Shown piece after piece: positions 10,155 to 19,805 of a DNA stretch of 64,000 nucleotides. Positions within the stretch are counted from its first letter, which is position 1. Every line of letters begins with the position of its first letter. Source of the stretch: Candidatus Melainabacteria bacterium 17Bon1m (GTDB lineage Bacteria > Cyanobacteriota > Vampirovibrionia > Obscuribacterales > Obscuribacteraceae); the NCBI GenBank assembly GCA_032128875.1, contig JAVLKG010000001.1, forward strand, positions 288,001 to 352,000. The letters run 5' to 3'. The notes under the pieces are model-generated. The model was given only the letters and a program-made list of their open reading frames with translations. It did not search any database and was not told the DNA's origin. Position numbers and translations under genes: made by a program.

Positions 10155-11054
10155 TTGTTAATACACGCCGACTTACCTGAACAGCACCGAAGGCACCTTC
10201 TCTGGTTCGTTGAGAATGAGGGAAGGGTTTTGGGATGGCAGTCTATTGGCGGCAGCGATTTGCGCGTGGCTAACATACCAAAGGGAATCTATAAGCCAGC
10301 TTGGTCAAAATATGCTCTCAGTGTAAAACAGACTCTAAACAGTCTTTATGCCGACCGTGAGCCTACATCGCAAGATTCTGGATGGTCATATCTCTACTAT
10401 CAGGAAGAACAAGAAGGGAAAGATCCTGAATCGCTACCATCGAATCGAGCAATGGCTGAATGTATTGCAGATGGAATTCCAATTGGAGTATTGCGCCAAA
10501 AGACCGCTAAACCAAATGTGACCTATCAGGTGTTGGGAATTGCAAACGTTCTTGGAAAAGCTGCCGGCTACTATCTGCTCCAAAGTGAAGGACAGCTATT
10601 AAAGCCAGCCCGAAATTCGGAACTCGGTTATCTGGTAACAGAAGGAAGTTCCGTCGCTGAAATCAGTGATGATATGCGACTATTTCGAATTCGTTCTGTA
10701 GTTCAGCGTCAAGGCCAGCCTAGATTTCGCCAACAGCTGATGCAGTTGTACGACAAGCAGTGTGCTGTTAGTCGCTGCGATGTAGCAGATGTTTTGGAAG
10801 CCGCTCACATTCTTCCATATCGTGGTCCGCATACAAATGACCTCTCGAACGGAGTAATCCTTCGAGCCGATCTTCATATTCTCTTTGACGAGGGGCTGCT
10901 CGCGATTGACGCTTCTTCTCTATCCGTGCAACTTGCTCCTTCAATCTTGAACAACAGGTTTTACTCTGAATTTCAGGGACTGGAACTTCATCCGAGTGCG
11001 GAGAAAATTGATCCCGAATTGTTGCGTGCGCATCGTCACTATTGCGGCTTTTGA
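10155..11054 (+). CDS. HNH endonuclease with N-terminal putative DNA-modification reader domain (type IV restriction-like)
   Basis: RQGQPRFR...CAVS...LEAAHI.PY...NGVILRADLHILFD is an HNH_2 pattern; N-terminal KGIYKP...YAD SRA-like segment. Confidence 0.85.
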   Translation: MLIHADLPEQHRRHLLWFVENEGRVLGWQSIGGSDLRVANIPKGIYKPAWSKYALSVKQTLNSLYADREPTSQDSGWSYLYYQEEQEGKDPESLPSNRAMAECIADGIPIGVLRQKTAKPNVTYQVLGIANVLGKAAGYYLLQSEGQLLKPARNSELGYLVTEGSSVAEISDDMRLFRIRSVVQRQGQPRFRQQLMQLYDKQCAVSRCDVADVLEAAHILPYRGPHTNDLSNGVILRADLHILFDEGLLAIDASSLSVQLAPSILNNRFYSEFQGLELHPSAEKIDPELLRAHRHYCGF

Positions 11055-11055
11055 C

Positions 11056-11925
11056 TTACAGATATGTCGCTTCCCAAATAGCAGTCGCGTAAGATTGCAC
11101 CACGAATTTTCGGACCTCCGGAGGTTTCTCCGGGGCGCCATAAGTCGAGTGAAGCGTTTGAATGTCACTCAATGTTTTCGCGTCTAGCTTACGTTTCTCG
11201 AAAAGTTCAACTCTTTTGCCCAAGTCAATGAGCGACAGGCAATTTGCTAGCCTTTCCGCGTTGCTGCCAAACAGTTTGGACGGCCGTGCGCTGCCCTGTC
11301 CAACACAGAACTGACCATTGCCAACTTCGACATAATTTGCGGTGTAATGAAATTCGTCCTCTTTTGTCTTAAGCGCGCTTATTTCGGTTTTGTATTTCCC
11401 GAGTGACCTATGGACACTGAGCGTTTCTTTCTCCAAATGTCTCAATCGCGCTGCCGCTGTTTTTTCGAGATCGAGTTCGCCTTTGGACTTCTGCTTCCTT
11501 TTTCGGAAGCCAAAATCGTCATAGGGATTGTGATGCTCAAGATAATCCCCCAGCAAAAACAATAGAACGCGATATCCATTCACTTCATTTAGGTAGCCAT
11601 CGTCAATCCGAAGCAATTCAAATCCTAAGTATTCGCAAATGTAGTTCTTCTTTGAGTCGCGGTCGTGAGTGTCGTTGCCATCGTAATGTTTTGGTCCATC
11701 AAATTCGATTGCGAAACGTACTTTGTTATCTTGAACCACAATAAAATCAAAATGAGCCTTACACCCATAATCAAAGTATTCATCTTCAAGTCCGCTATGG
11801 TCTAACTCCAGGACGTCTCCGAGTCTAACTTTCGGAAAAACTTTGTAGGAGTAAGCGAGTTCCAGTTGCGACAACATGTTGTATGCCTGTTGTTCGCTGA
11901 AATTCAAGAAACAATTGATACCCAT
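11056..11925 (-). CDS. DUF2726 domain protein (PD-(D/E)XK/Vsr-like fold)
   Basis: KVRLGDVL, HFDFIV, AIEFDGPKH, RDSKKNYIC, LLRI. Confidence 0.8.
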   Translation of the reverse strand: MGINCFLNFSEQQAYNMLSQLELAYSYKVFPKVRLGDVLELDHSGLEDEYFDYGCKAHFDFIVVQDNKVRFAIEFDGPKHYDGNDTHDRDSKKNYICEYLGFELLRIDDGYLNEVNGYRVLLFLLGDYLEHHNPYDDFGFRKRKQKSKGELDLEKTAAARLRHLEKETLSVHRSLGKYKTEISALKTKEDEFHYTANYVEVGNGQFCVGQGSARPSKLFGSNAERLANCLSLIDLGKRVELFEKRKLDAKTLSDIQTLHSTYGAPEKPPEVRKFVVQSYATAIWEATYL

Positions 11926-11991
11926 GCGTATCCCTCCCTGCTCGACAGTAAAGTCGATCTGTCCAGGGCTGGAAATGTCGAATTACACAGA

Positions 11992-13881
11992 CTATTTCGA
12001 AATACTCTCGTACAGGTCAATCATCGGCTGTTGGTTGAGGTGAATGTAGCCTTTGCCGGGCGAATCCAAGTCGTAAATAAGCTGAATCACGAGTGCAAAA
12101 GTGAGGACGAGCGCGAATTGCGTTGGGAAACTCCGCCTTCCGGTAATCCCGAATTGAAAGCCTATTACAAACATCGAAATGCACGACGACAGCACTAGAA
12201 TCATCCACACGAAAGTGGGGATTCGGAAGTTTGTGCCGAAAGCAATGCGCTTGTTCTGATACTCGACAATGTCCGTGATGCCCTCGGAAAAGAGTGCATA
12301 AATGTCGTTGCTATCCTTCGCCGCCAATTGTTCCGCCTGAGTCCACATCATGCTCGTAATCGCCGCCGTGCGCGCCCGCAGCGAAGCCAGCTGCTCTGGA
12401 TCGCCATAGACATCGCCAATGCTCATTCTGCATTCAACGTAATCACGCAGCAATGACCGCGTGAGGGTTCTATGCGGCTCAGGCACAAGACCTGCGCGCA
12501 TGTACGTCGTCTGAATGGCATTAACGTCACCCATCAGCGCGTCTCTGCGCAAGTCATAGCGGCTTGCAGCAGCTCCGAAAGTCAGCGCGAGAATGAATGC
12601 GAGCAGTGCGAGCACCGCGCCCGATACGGCGCTTACAGCAGCCTCTGATTCACGCTCATTCTCCGGCAGTCTTGCGCGACGAGTACCGAGCCACTGCCCC
12701 GCTTCAATCGAAGCGAAAGTGACAATAATTTGCAGTACGAAGATGCCCCAGAGCGGAACATCCCCAAGAAAATCACCGCTTTCGTCTTTGAGCGAGACCT
12801 CGCGAGTCGACGGCATGATGACGTCGGGTGTTTCAAACTTGCCGGTGGCAAGCCCCTTGGTTGCGGCGTCCAGCAAAGTCTGATCTATCGCTTGTTTAAT
12901 CGGCACCACAGTTTGTGTGTACCCGTGGTCGTGAGACCATTTTGCGCCAAACTCCAGAATGCCGAGAGCCTGTTCATCTAAGTGGAGATCGATTTCCTTT
13001 AGCGACTTTGCGTTGAAATTCGGGTCTTCCTTTGCCGCTGCGTTGAGACAAGCGTTCGTGAAGCCAAACTGTGAATCATCGACATACCACTGATTGACGC
13101 GCGTGCGAGCGTTGTTGAAAAACTCCCACGACTGCGCGATGGCTTGCAAGAATTTGATCGCCGCCTGTCGATTGTTCGCGATGAATTTGTCGGAGACAGA
13201 GACCAAGTAAATCGCGCGGTGCGAACTCAGCAGGCGCGCAGATTTGTCTTCTTGGAAGAGCGAGATGTCCGGCTCCCACACTGCGACTGCGTCGAATTTG
13301 CCCCACTTCTCGCGCCCGCCGGCACCGACTAATTTCTGAATCTCGAAGATGTCCATGTTGACATGCTGGACGTCCTTGTCCGGGTTGAGTCCGGCGGCTT
13401 GCTCTTTCATGGTCGCTTCACGGTGACCGATGGTTCCGAAAGTGCAGGCGACCGTCTTGCCCTTCAGGTCTTTGATTTCTTTGATGGGTGACTCAGGTGG
13501 GACCATCAGCGCCGCGGGGATGTAATGCAGGCGCCCCAAGACTTTCCACTTGCCACCCCGGGCGAGCAGGTTGTTGACCGACTGACCGCTGGAGAACATG
13601 ACGTCAATGTCGCCTCTGAGGGCGGCGGCGACTTCGGGTTCGCCGTAGCTGAAAGGTACGAATGTCGGGTCAAGACCAAGCGTGTCAAGGACGTTGGTGC
13701 GCTTTAGAACCTCAACCAGCTGACCTTGTGTCGATGTCGCCAACTGCCAGCCAATGCGAATTGGGGTTCGCTCTCGCGATGACTTCGCGCTCGGCAACGA
13801 GGTGGAGATGAAGAAAACCAGCAGCAGGAGCGCGACTCCTGACAGGATGGCGGTATAGACTTTGTCTTTCATGGCAGGCAC
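11992..13881 (-). CDS. SsuA/TauA-like substrate-binding protein fused to DUF4239 (bestrophin-like) membrane domain
   Basis: N-terminal anchor; IRIGWQ, DLKGKTVA, DAVAVWEP type-2 PBP motifs; C-terminal four TM segments with LLAFILALTF..A.SRYDLRR and IYDLDSPGKGYI.LNQQP. Confidence 0.8.
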   Translation of the reverse strand: MPAMKDKVYTAILSGVALLLLVFFISTSLPSAKSSRERTPIRIGWQLATSTQGQLVEVLKRTNVLDTLGLDPTFVPFSYGEPEVAAALRGDIDVMFSSGQSVNNLLARGGKWKVLGRLHYIPAALMVPPESPIKEIKDLKGKTVACTFGTIGHREATMKEQAAGLNPDKDVQHVNMDIFEIQKLVGAGGREKWGKFDAVAVWEPDISLFQEDKSARLLSSHRAIYLVSVSDKFIANNRQAAIKFLQAIAQSWEFFNNARTRVNQWYVDDSQFGFTNACLNAAAKEDPNFNAKSLKEIDLHLDEQALGILEFGAKWSHDHGYTQTVVPIKQAIDQTLLDAATKGLATGKFETPDVIMPSTREVSLKDESGDFLGDVPLWGIFVLQIIVTFASIEAGQWLGTRRARLPENERESEAAVSAVSGAVLALLAFILALTFGAAASRYDLRRDALMGDVNAIQTTYMRAGLVPEPHRTLTRSLLRDYVECRMSIGDVYGDPEQLASLRARTAAITSMMWTQAEQLAAKDSNDIYALFSEGITDIVEYQNKRIAFGTNFRIPTFVWMILVLSSCISMFVIGFQFGITGRRSFPTQFALVLTFALVIQLIYDLDSPGKGYIHLNQQPMIDLYESISK

Positions 13882-13999
13882 AGCTCGTCACGCGGTAGGG
13901 TGCCCTATTATGACAGTAAATGCCGAGGTTAGAGGTGAAAAGCGCCTTGCACAAACATGTTATGGTTTTAGGCATTCCCTAATCATTGAAAGGTTTATT

Positions 14000-14716
14000 T
14001 TGAAAAACCTCCAAGAGCTTTGCCCGCAATACAAAAATGCAAGGCTTGAAAAACTGCAATTGCTAAACTTCGTTTTTGCGGAGATGGATCCACCGTGCCG
14101 GTCATTTGCCGATTTAGGCGGCAACTGGAATGTGGACGGATGCTACACGCATTTTGCTCTAGATCAATACGACATCGAAAAAGCGTTTTTGATCGACACA
14201 GACTTTTCAGATTCAACGATCGAACGATCAAAGTCTTACAAGAATCTTCAGGTAGTGCGTGGAAATTTCGGCGATGCTTCGACTATAGATGCGATCGGTT
14301 CTGTCGACGTCATATTCCTCTTTGATGTGCTGCTGCATCAGGTAAGACCGAATTGGGATGAGATTTTGCGACTGTACTCAACCAAAACAAAAGTGATGGC
14401 TATTTACAATCAGCAGTTCACGAATTTTCAAAGCACTACGAGGCTTCTTGATTTGGGTTGGGACGAATACTTTGCGAATGTGCCGCACACCCGCGAAGAG
14501 TACGCGACCTTGCTGCAAAAAACTTACGAGATACACCCGATCCACAATCGCCCTTATCGAGACCTGCATAATTACTGGCAATGGGCAATTACCGATGATG
14601 ATCTGATTGCGACTGCTCGGAGACTTGGTTTTTCACTGGGCTACTACGCAAACTGTGGACAATTCGGAAATCTGCCTCAATGCGAGGAGCATGCATTCAT
14701 TTTCAGTTGCGGATGA
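14000..14716 (+). CDS. Class I SAM-dependent methyltransferase-like protein
   Basis: FADLGG motif I, VDVIFLFDVLLHQV.PNW; TTG start after GAAAGG. Confidence 0.7.
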   Translation: MKNLQELCPQYKNARLEKLQLLNFVFAEMDPPCRSFADLGGNWNVDGCYTHFALDQYDIEKAFLIDTDFSDSTIERSKSYKNLQVVRGNFGDASTIDAIGSVDVIFLFDVLLHQVRPNWDEILRLYSTKTKVMAIYNQQFTNFQSTTRLLDLGWDEYFANVPHTREEYATLLQKTYEIHPIHNRPYRDLHNYWQWAITDDDLIATARRLGFSLGYYANCGQFGNLPQCEEHAFIFSCG

Positions 14717-14729
14717 GGTATCTCGAGCG

Positions 14730-14835
14730 CCGCGGGAATGGTGGTAACGCGCAAGAAACATGGAAGTTCTCGCGGATTTGCAGGGCATGCAGAATGCATC
14801 GCTACTGCACAATTCCACATTAATAAAACACATTT
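14730..14835 (+). pseudogene. Frameshifted fragment paralogous to the 7027-7572 gene
   Basis: ccgcgggaatggtggt...tggaagttctcgcggatttgcagggcatgca aligns to 7302-7361 with a 1-nt insertion. Confidence 0.65.
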
Positions 14836-14872
14836 TCTCTGCTGCAATGTAATTTTTTGCGGAGCTTGAGCT

Positions 14873-15478
14873 ATGGAAGAAAATGAAGACGAATTTCTAT
14901 TGGATGAAGATTTTAGCGATTTTGATTACGGATACTCCGTCTCTGAGCCTTGCGCTTCGTATGATGTGACTATCGAAAGTCGAAGTGTCAAAGATCCTCT
15001 AGTAGAGAAGGCTCCTCCACTAATTGACGACATTGCGGTGAACAAGTGGTTGTCTAGACCGTTTCGATATTCCAAGCGCGGCAAGAACTGGGAGTACTAT
15101 CAACAAATTGGAAGGGAAGGAGAACAGAGAGTCTTGGAATTTGAAAAAGCGCGATTGCGAAAAGCGAACCGCCCCGACTTGGCCGAGAAAGTTCGAACCA
15201 CAGAAGAAGAAGTTGCAGATATTTTTGACATTCACTCGTTTGATGCCGATGGCGAGCCAATTTTCATCGAAGTGAAAACAACTGATGAGAGCAGCTTGCA
15301 CCCATTCATTGTTAGTGAGCGGCAAATTGCAGCTTCTGAATTACACGGAGAAAAGTATCGGCTCTATCGCGTCTACAAAGTCAGAAGCGCGGCTGAGTTT
15401 TTCGTTCTGCGCGGACCGCTGAGTATGAGTTCTCGAACAGCGGTAAAGGCTCTTTGGTGTTGGCCTGAAAGTCACTAG
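14873..15478 (+). CDS. DUF3883 (protein NO VEIN C-terminal) nuclease-like protein
   Basis: G.EGE..V.EFEK.RL, FDIHSFD...FIEVKTT, Y.LYRVY. Confidence 0.85.
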   Translation: MEENEDEFLLDEDFSDFDYGYSVSEPCASYDVTIESRSVKDPLVEKAPPLIDDIAVNKWLSRPFRYSKRGKNWEYYQQIGREGEQRVLEFEKARLRKANRPDLAEKVRTTEEEVADIFDIHSFDADGEPIFIEVKTTDESSLHPFIVSERQIAASELHGEKYRLYRVYKVRSAAEFFVLRGPLSMSSRTAVKALWCWPESH

Positions 15479-15788
15479 CCTTCTTTCGAATTAATGACCT
15501 TTGGGTTATGAGACCAACAGGTTGATGATTTGCCCTTGAGAATTCCAGTTTACGACCTCATGGTTCGTAGCCATGCGTCCCCCCATCGGTTTACTTCTGG
15601 TATCTGCTTGTCAATTGGCGATTGAGTCATGGCATCTTCGCAGAGCGAACACGATTTTGGAGACACTATTGTAGTCCCAGGTGGACGATTCTTCCGTGGG
15701 ATAGACTTGCCCTGTCTCTTGGATGACCCGCCACAGGCATGGCAATAACCAACTTGCCAGATTTGACAACCGGCCTTATCGTTTAAGC

Positions 15789-16178
15789 ATGAAGTCTTTT
15801 CTCGCATTATTGCTCTGCCTAATTACTGTTTGCCCGTTGGTTCAAGCTCAGGGCTTGCCAGGGACGAGCTCGTTGAATCGATCTCCGCGTGGCGGAACAT
15901 CGGCCGGTGGTCCGCTTTTGCCTGGAAAGACGGATGCCGAGCGCTGGTCATTTCTACAGGCGCACGAACGATCCTTCCTTGGAAAGTCCAAGCACGAAAT
16001 CGTCACTATCATTGGAAAACAAGGTGGTCCAGGCTTGGAAAGAAATCAGCTCGTGGATCAATTGACCGAAGGAAAGCCAAGAAGAGCGGGCAAGGTCGCG
16101 CACGTCGAATTGGCAATCACTTTTGACGACAATCAAAAGTGCTGTAAATACGCCATCGTGGCAGTGAATTGGCTTTAA
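15789..16178 (+). CDS. Small secreted hypothetical protein
   Basis: MKSFLALLLCLITVCPLVQA signal peptide. Confidence 0.6.
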   Translation: MKSFLALLLCLITVCPLVQAQGLPGTSSLNRSPRGGTSAGGPLLPGKTDAERWSFLQAHERSFLGKSKHEIVTIIGKQGGPGLERNQLVDQLTEGKPRRAGKVAHVELAITFDDNQKCCKYAIVAVNWL

Positions 16179-16413
16179 TACCCACCTTGCTCATCTTGGT
16201 CCTGAGAATCGGATCTTGTTTTAAGCGACGTTCTAGCTCAGCATGTGCCTCAGCCCAGTCAGCGGCATAGGTTGGTTGGGTTGATTTTTTGTCTTTCATT
16301 CGCCCGAAAATCACACCCACAAGTAGCGACCACTTTCGAGAACTAGTGTTTTCTCTATCGCAGAGATGGACATGCCGAATTAAGATTGAAGCTAGCCCAT
16401 TGTCAAAAGTTTT

Positions 16414-17433
16414 GTGGTGTTTGCTATGTTGTACAGCCGAGTTCACTTGATGCTCATGTTGGCGCTTATTCTGTATCCCGTATCCGTTCATGCACAAGGG
16501 CGAGGGGACTTTTTCGAGCGTGAAAAAAGGTTGACGGCAAATCTCAATCAGATAAAAGTGCACAAGGACTCCCACTCTAAAACAGGGGTGTATATTCCGG
16601 AAAATCTGGACGATGCTCTCAAAGAACTTGATTCGATGTTTCCTGAAGCAACCAAGAAAGCTATCAGAAGTGCACCCAAAGAAGACATGATTGTTTTTCA
16701 TCATGGACTCGGCACGTGGCTTCGCAATAACTGGCAACTTTGGGGGGGAGGGCGACTAGCGAAGTATTTTAACTCGGTAGGAATCTATCATCCCGACGAC
16801 ATTTCCGGCACGATATTTGATGCTTACTGGTCGAAGCTTAATGGCAAGTCTGAGGATGTCTCGGCAAAAGCGGCATATTACAAATCCTATTGGGATGGAC
16901 TGCGGCCGGTAGTAGCTGTTGGTATCAAGATTCCAGCAACGGTTAGGGAGCTATCAATGCAAAGCCCAAGCGGTAAAACCGTGTTCGTTCGCGACATTAC
17001 TCCATTAGCCCCCGTCACCGTTCTGTCTATATGTAGCAACTCTGATGTAGATTCTCCCAGAATAATGCAGGCATTGACAGAACTAAGGTCAGATTACAAA
17101 ACAACTGACGTGAGTTTAATCACAGTGGTCACCGATAGCTCGCGTGGTGCGATGATTAAGGTTGCGGACATGGCAGCAGAAAAAGCAATAACTGCAAGTG
17201 AGCTTGTCGAGAATCTAAGGCGTTCGAAGGTGATGCAATATGAGGCTCACTCAAATTTCGTGCTACAACTTCGGGTTGCGCTTAAACTTGACGCCATCAT
17301 AATTCCGCAAACGCTAGTAATTGACAGAAACGAGACAATTGTTAAAAGGCTGAATGGCTTCAACAACGATTCGAAAAGCGCACTTGCAAAAATCATCGAT
17401 GAGGTGCTCTCAGGGGCGCGCACTAAAATATGA
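16414..17433 (+). CDS. DUF6794 domain plus degenerate thioredoxin-like domain protein
   Basis: VYIPENLDD...HHGLGTWLRNNWQLW...GIYHPDD; C-terminal IPQTLVIDRN..IVKRLNG TlpA-like segment without CxxC; start uncertain. Confidence 0.7.
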   Translation: MVFAMLYSRVHLMLMLALILYPVSVHAQGRGDFFEREKRLTANLNQIKVHKDSHSKTGVYIPENLDDALKELDSMFPEATKKAIRSAPKEDMIVFHHGLGTWLRNNWQLWGGGRLAKYFNSVGIYHPDDISGTIFDAYWSKLNGKSEDVSAKAAYYKSYWDGLRPVVAVGIKIPATVRELSMQSPSGKTVFVRDITPLAPVTVLSICSNSDVDSPRIMQALTELRSDYKTTDVSLITVVTDSSRGAMIKVADMAAEKAITASELVENLRRSKVMQYEAHSNFVLQLRVALKLDAIIIPQTLVIDRNETIVKRLNGFNNDSKSALAKIIDEVLSGARTKI

Positions 17434-17460
17434 GAGGCACCACTACATGTGGTGCCTCTC
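17432..17460 (+). terminator. Hairpin after DUF6794 gene
   Basis: GAGAGGCACCAC-tacat-GTGGTGCCTCTC 12-bp stem at the stop codon. Confidence 0.6.
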
Positions 17461-17844
17461 GCGATATTGCCTTAGAAAATGGTATGTCCGAACTCGGTCA
17501 ACGTACGTTATCAAAAAGAGGCGTTGTTGCCATCATTAAACACTAATTTTTGACTTCGCCGGAAACCATTTCATCGGGCCCGTACTCAGTGTTTATGCGG
17601 TTCTTGTCTATTTCAATTTCCATTTTTATTATGATAAATCGATTCGAGCCCCCCGTAATTTGTTAACCATTTTTTCAGCATTTCATTAGGTGCGTTGGTG
17701 CGCCTAGAAGACGGCAGCAACAAGATAGTTTCTGAAATTATTAGTACGCGGATGCCACAATTGCAAATCTCCTCTTTTAGGATGAAGCGAACTTCCTCTA
17801 AGGCTGCTAAGTTTTCATTGTCGGTTTAAGAAGTTAGCAGACCC

Positions 17845-18264
17845 ATGAATCAAAGTTCTAGAAAAACAGCAGGCACGAACATTGAATGTCCGATTTCGCG
17901 GTTGCTAGAAATCATTTCGGCTAAATGGACAGTTGAGATTCTAAGAGAAATCTCTATCGCCCCGACGCGCACAAGACAATTCCTGCGCTTGATTCCTGGG
18001 CTGAGTATGAAGAGTTTGCAGTTTCGCTTGAAAGAACTCGAGAGGTTTGGATTGCTTGAGCGAATCGAATATGACCAATTACCCCGGCATGTCGAGCATT
18101 CAATTACAGAGCGCGGTAAGAAGGCAATTGCTATCTACATGTCGATAAAAGAGCTTGCAGACGAAGTATTTCCTGTGGCTTGCCAATGCCCGATGGGGCA
18201 AATCGACGCTCAACAGGGCTGCAGTGATGCAGTTTGTCCTAACAGACCAGTTGATCGCTTTTAG
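17845..18264 (+). CDS. HxlR-family winged-helix transcriptional regulator with Cys-rich tail
   Basis: ECPI...KWTVEILRE...LKELE..GL.ER...P.HVE.SITERG; N-terminal Cys and C-terminal CQC/C/C. Confidence 0.9.
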   Translation: MNQSSRKTAGTNIECPISRLLEIISAKWTVEILREISIAPTRTRQFLRLIPGLSMKSLQFRLKELERFGLLERIEYDQLPRHVEHSITERGKKAIAIYMSIKELADEVFPVACQCPMGQIDAQQGCSDAVCPNRPVDRF

Positions 18265-18371
18265 GCGACAATCCGCTCGAACGCTAGGCGACAATTGGCT
18301 TGACGATTTTTTAGGCGTCAATCGGACTGACGCTTGTAGGTCACAACCGGTCTGAAGACCATAGCTGCATT

Positions 18372-19805
18372 CTATTCGGTCAGCTGCGGAACCTTGCTTT
18401 GCAGATAGGCAAGCACGTCTGACGCTGAATATGACTTCTTGTCGTTTGAAAGCAGGTTTTTGACAGAAGCCAGGTGTTTGCCAGCGGTCACGAGTGGGGG
18501 CTCCTTGTAGCCATCACTCTGAATTTGCGCAAAACCTACCGTCGACATAAGCCCGTTGCACAAGCACTTCCTTCCGCAGGTTTCTTCTTCCAGTCCCTCT
18601 TTGCGCACATATGCCTCAACAGGCTCGCCCGGGCAGCGAAAACCGACGCTTCCGTTCTCCTTCTTGTAGGCTTGGCGCAAATATCCCAAATCACAAATAC
18701 GCCGCCGGTCAAGATAGATTTGTTCGTTGGACAGTGAATCTTCGAGACGCACGACTTTGAAGGGGTACTTCGAAGCTGAGGCGACGGGGTCGGTAAAAAC
18801 TTCTGGCTCGCCGTTTTTTACCAGATCAATGACTTGTTTTTTTATATCGTCTGTTATTCCAGACTCGTCGCAAAACGCGAAAATGCTTCCGGCCTGAATG
18901 CCGTTGGCGCCAGACTCGAGCGACTTCTGAAAGCCTTCGGGAGTGCCATATCCTCCTGCTAGCCAGAAAGGCAAGCCAATCCGTTTGAAGGCTTCGATGT
19001 CGATCTCGTCTTTGGGTCCATAAATTGGTTCACCGCGCTCATCCGTTTTTATGCCTCCACGAGGAGGAGCATTGTGTCCGCCTGCGCAGTGATGCTCGAC
19101 AACAAAGCCGTCCACGCTGCCACTTGCTTTTTTCGATAAAGATTGTGCCAGTACCGCGGATGAGACAATTGCCAAAAACAGAGGACGCTTCAAATTCGTT
19201 GTAGCCAGACCATATCTTTGTGGATCAAATTTCACTTCATAATGATCGTCGGCGTCGCGCCCTTCAACGTCGATTTTCAAACTGACGGCCTGCATTTGAC
19301 TGAGTTGGTCGAGAATGCCCGGTATGGACTTTGGAATACCTGCACCCATCAATACGTAATCTACTCCAGCCAGCATGGCACCAAATAGCGACGGCAAGGT
19401 AGGCAGGTCTATTTTTGTCAGATAGTTGATTCCGACTACGCCGTCGTGTCCTTCTTTGGCAAGAAACACTTCAACAAAATTAGCCAGAATCGTCAATCCG
19501 ATCAGATCTTCATTGGAGTTGAGTCCATGCATGGGCACTGTCTTATACGGCTCACGCTCAGCCTTTCCACCTTCTATGAAATAAGTGTTGAGAACTTGCT
19601 GGGAGATCTTCTTAATAGGAAATTGTTCGATTGCTCTGCGAAAGTGCCCAAGCTTATCGCCGTCTTGCAGGCGCCTTGCCAGAATCGTATCGATCATCGT
19701 ACCCGAGACCACTCCAAGTTGCCCGGACTGAGAGACTGCCTTTGCCAATTGATAGTTTGATACGGCAACGCCCATGCCACCTTGAATGATCTTGGGATAA
19801 AACAT
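18372..19805 (-). CDS. Nitronate monooxygenase / FabK-like FMN enzyme
   Basis: IIQGGMG, MGAGIP, AGGHNAPPRG, PFWLAGG; ATG 19805 after AAGGAG. Confidence 0.88.
   Translation of the reverse strand: MFYPKIIQGGMGVAVSNYQLAKAVSQSGQLGVVSGTMIDTILARRLQDGDKLGHFRRAIEQFPIKKISQQVLNTYFIEGGKAEREPYKTVPMHGLNSNEDLIGLTILANFVEVFLAKEGHDGVVGINYLTKIDLPTLPSLFGAMLAGVDYVLMGAGIPKSIPGILDQLSQMQAVSLKIDVEGRDADDHYEVKFDPQRYGLATTNLKRPLFLAIVSSAVLAQSLSKKASGSVDGFVVEHHCAGGHNAPPRGGIKTDERGEPIYGPKDEIDIEAFKRIGLPFWLAGGYGTPEGFQKSLESGANGIQAGSIFAFCDESGITDDIKKQVIDLVKNGEPEVFTDPVASASKYPFKVVRLEDSLSNEQIYLDRRRICDLGYLRQAYKKENGSVGFRCPGEPVEAYVRKEGLEEETCGRKCLCNGLMSTVGFAQIQSDGYKEPPLVTAGKHLASVKNLLSNDKKSYSASDVLAYLQSKVPQLTE

Noticed and set aside
17580-17656. 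GATTCGAGCCCC as a tRNA remnant or att site at the accessory block edge
   Set aside because: Too short, no cloverleaf, no matching direct repeat or integrase found
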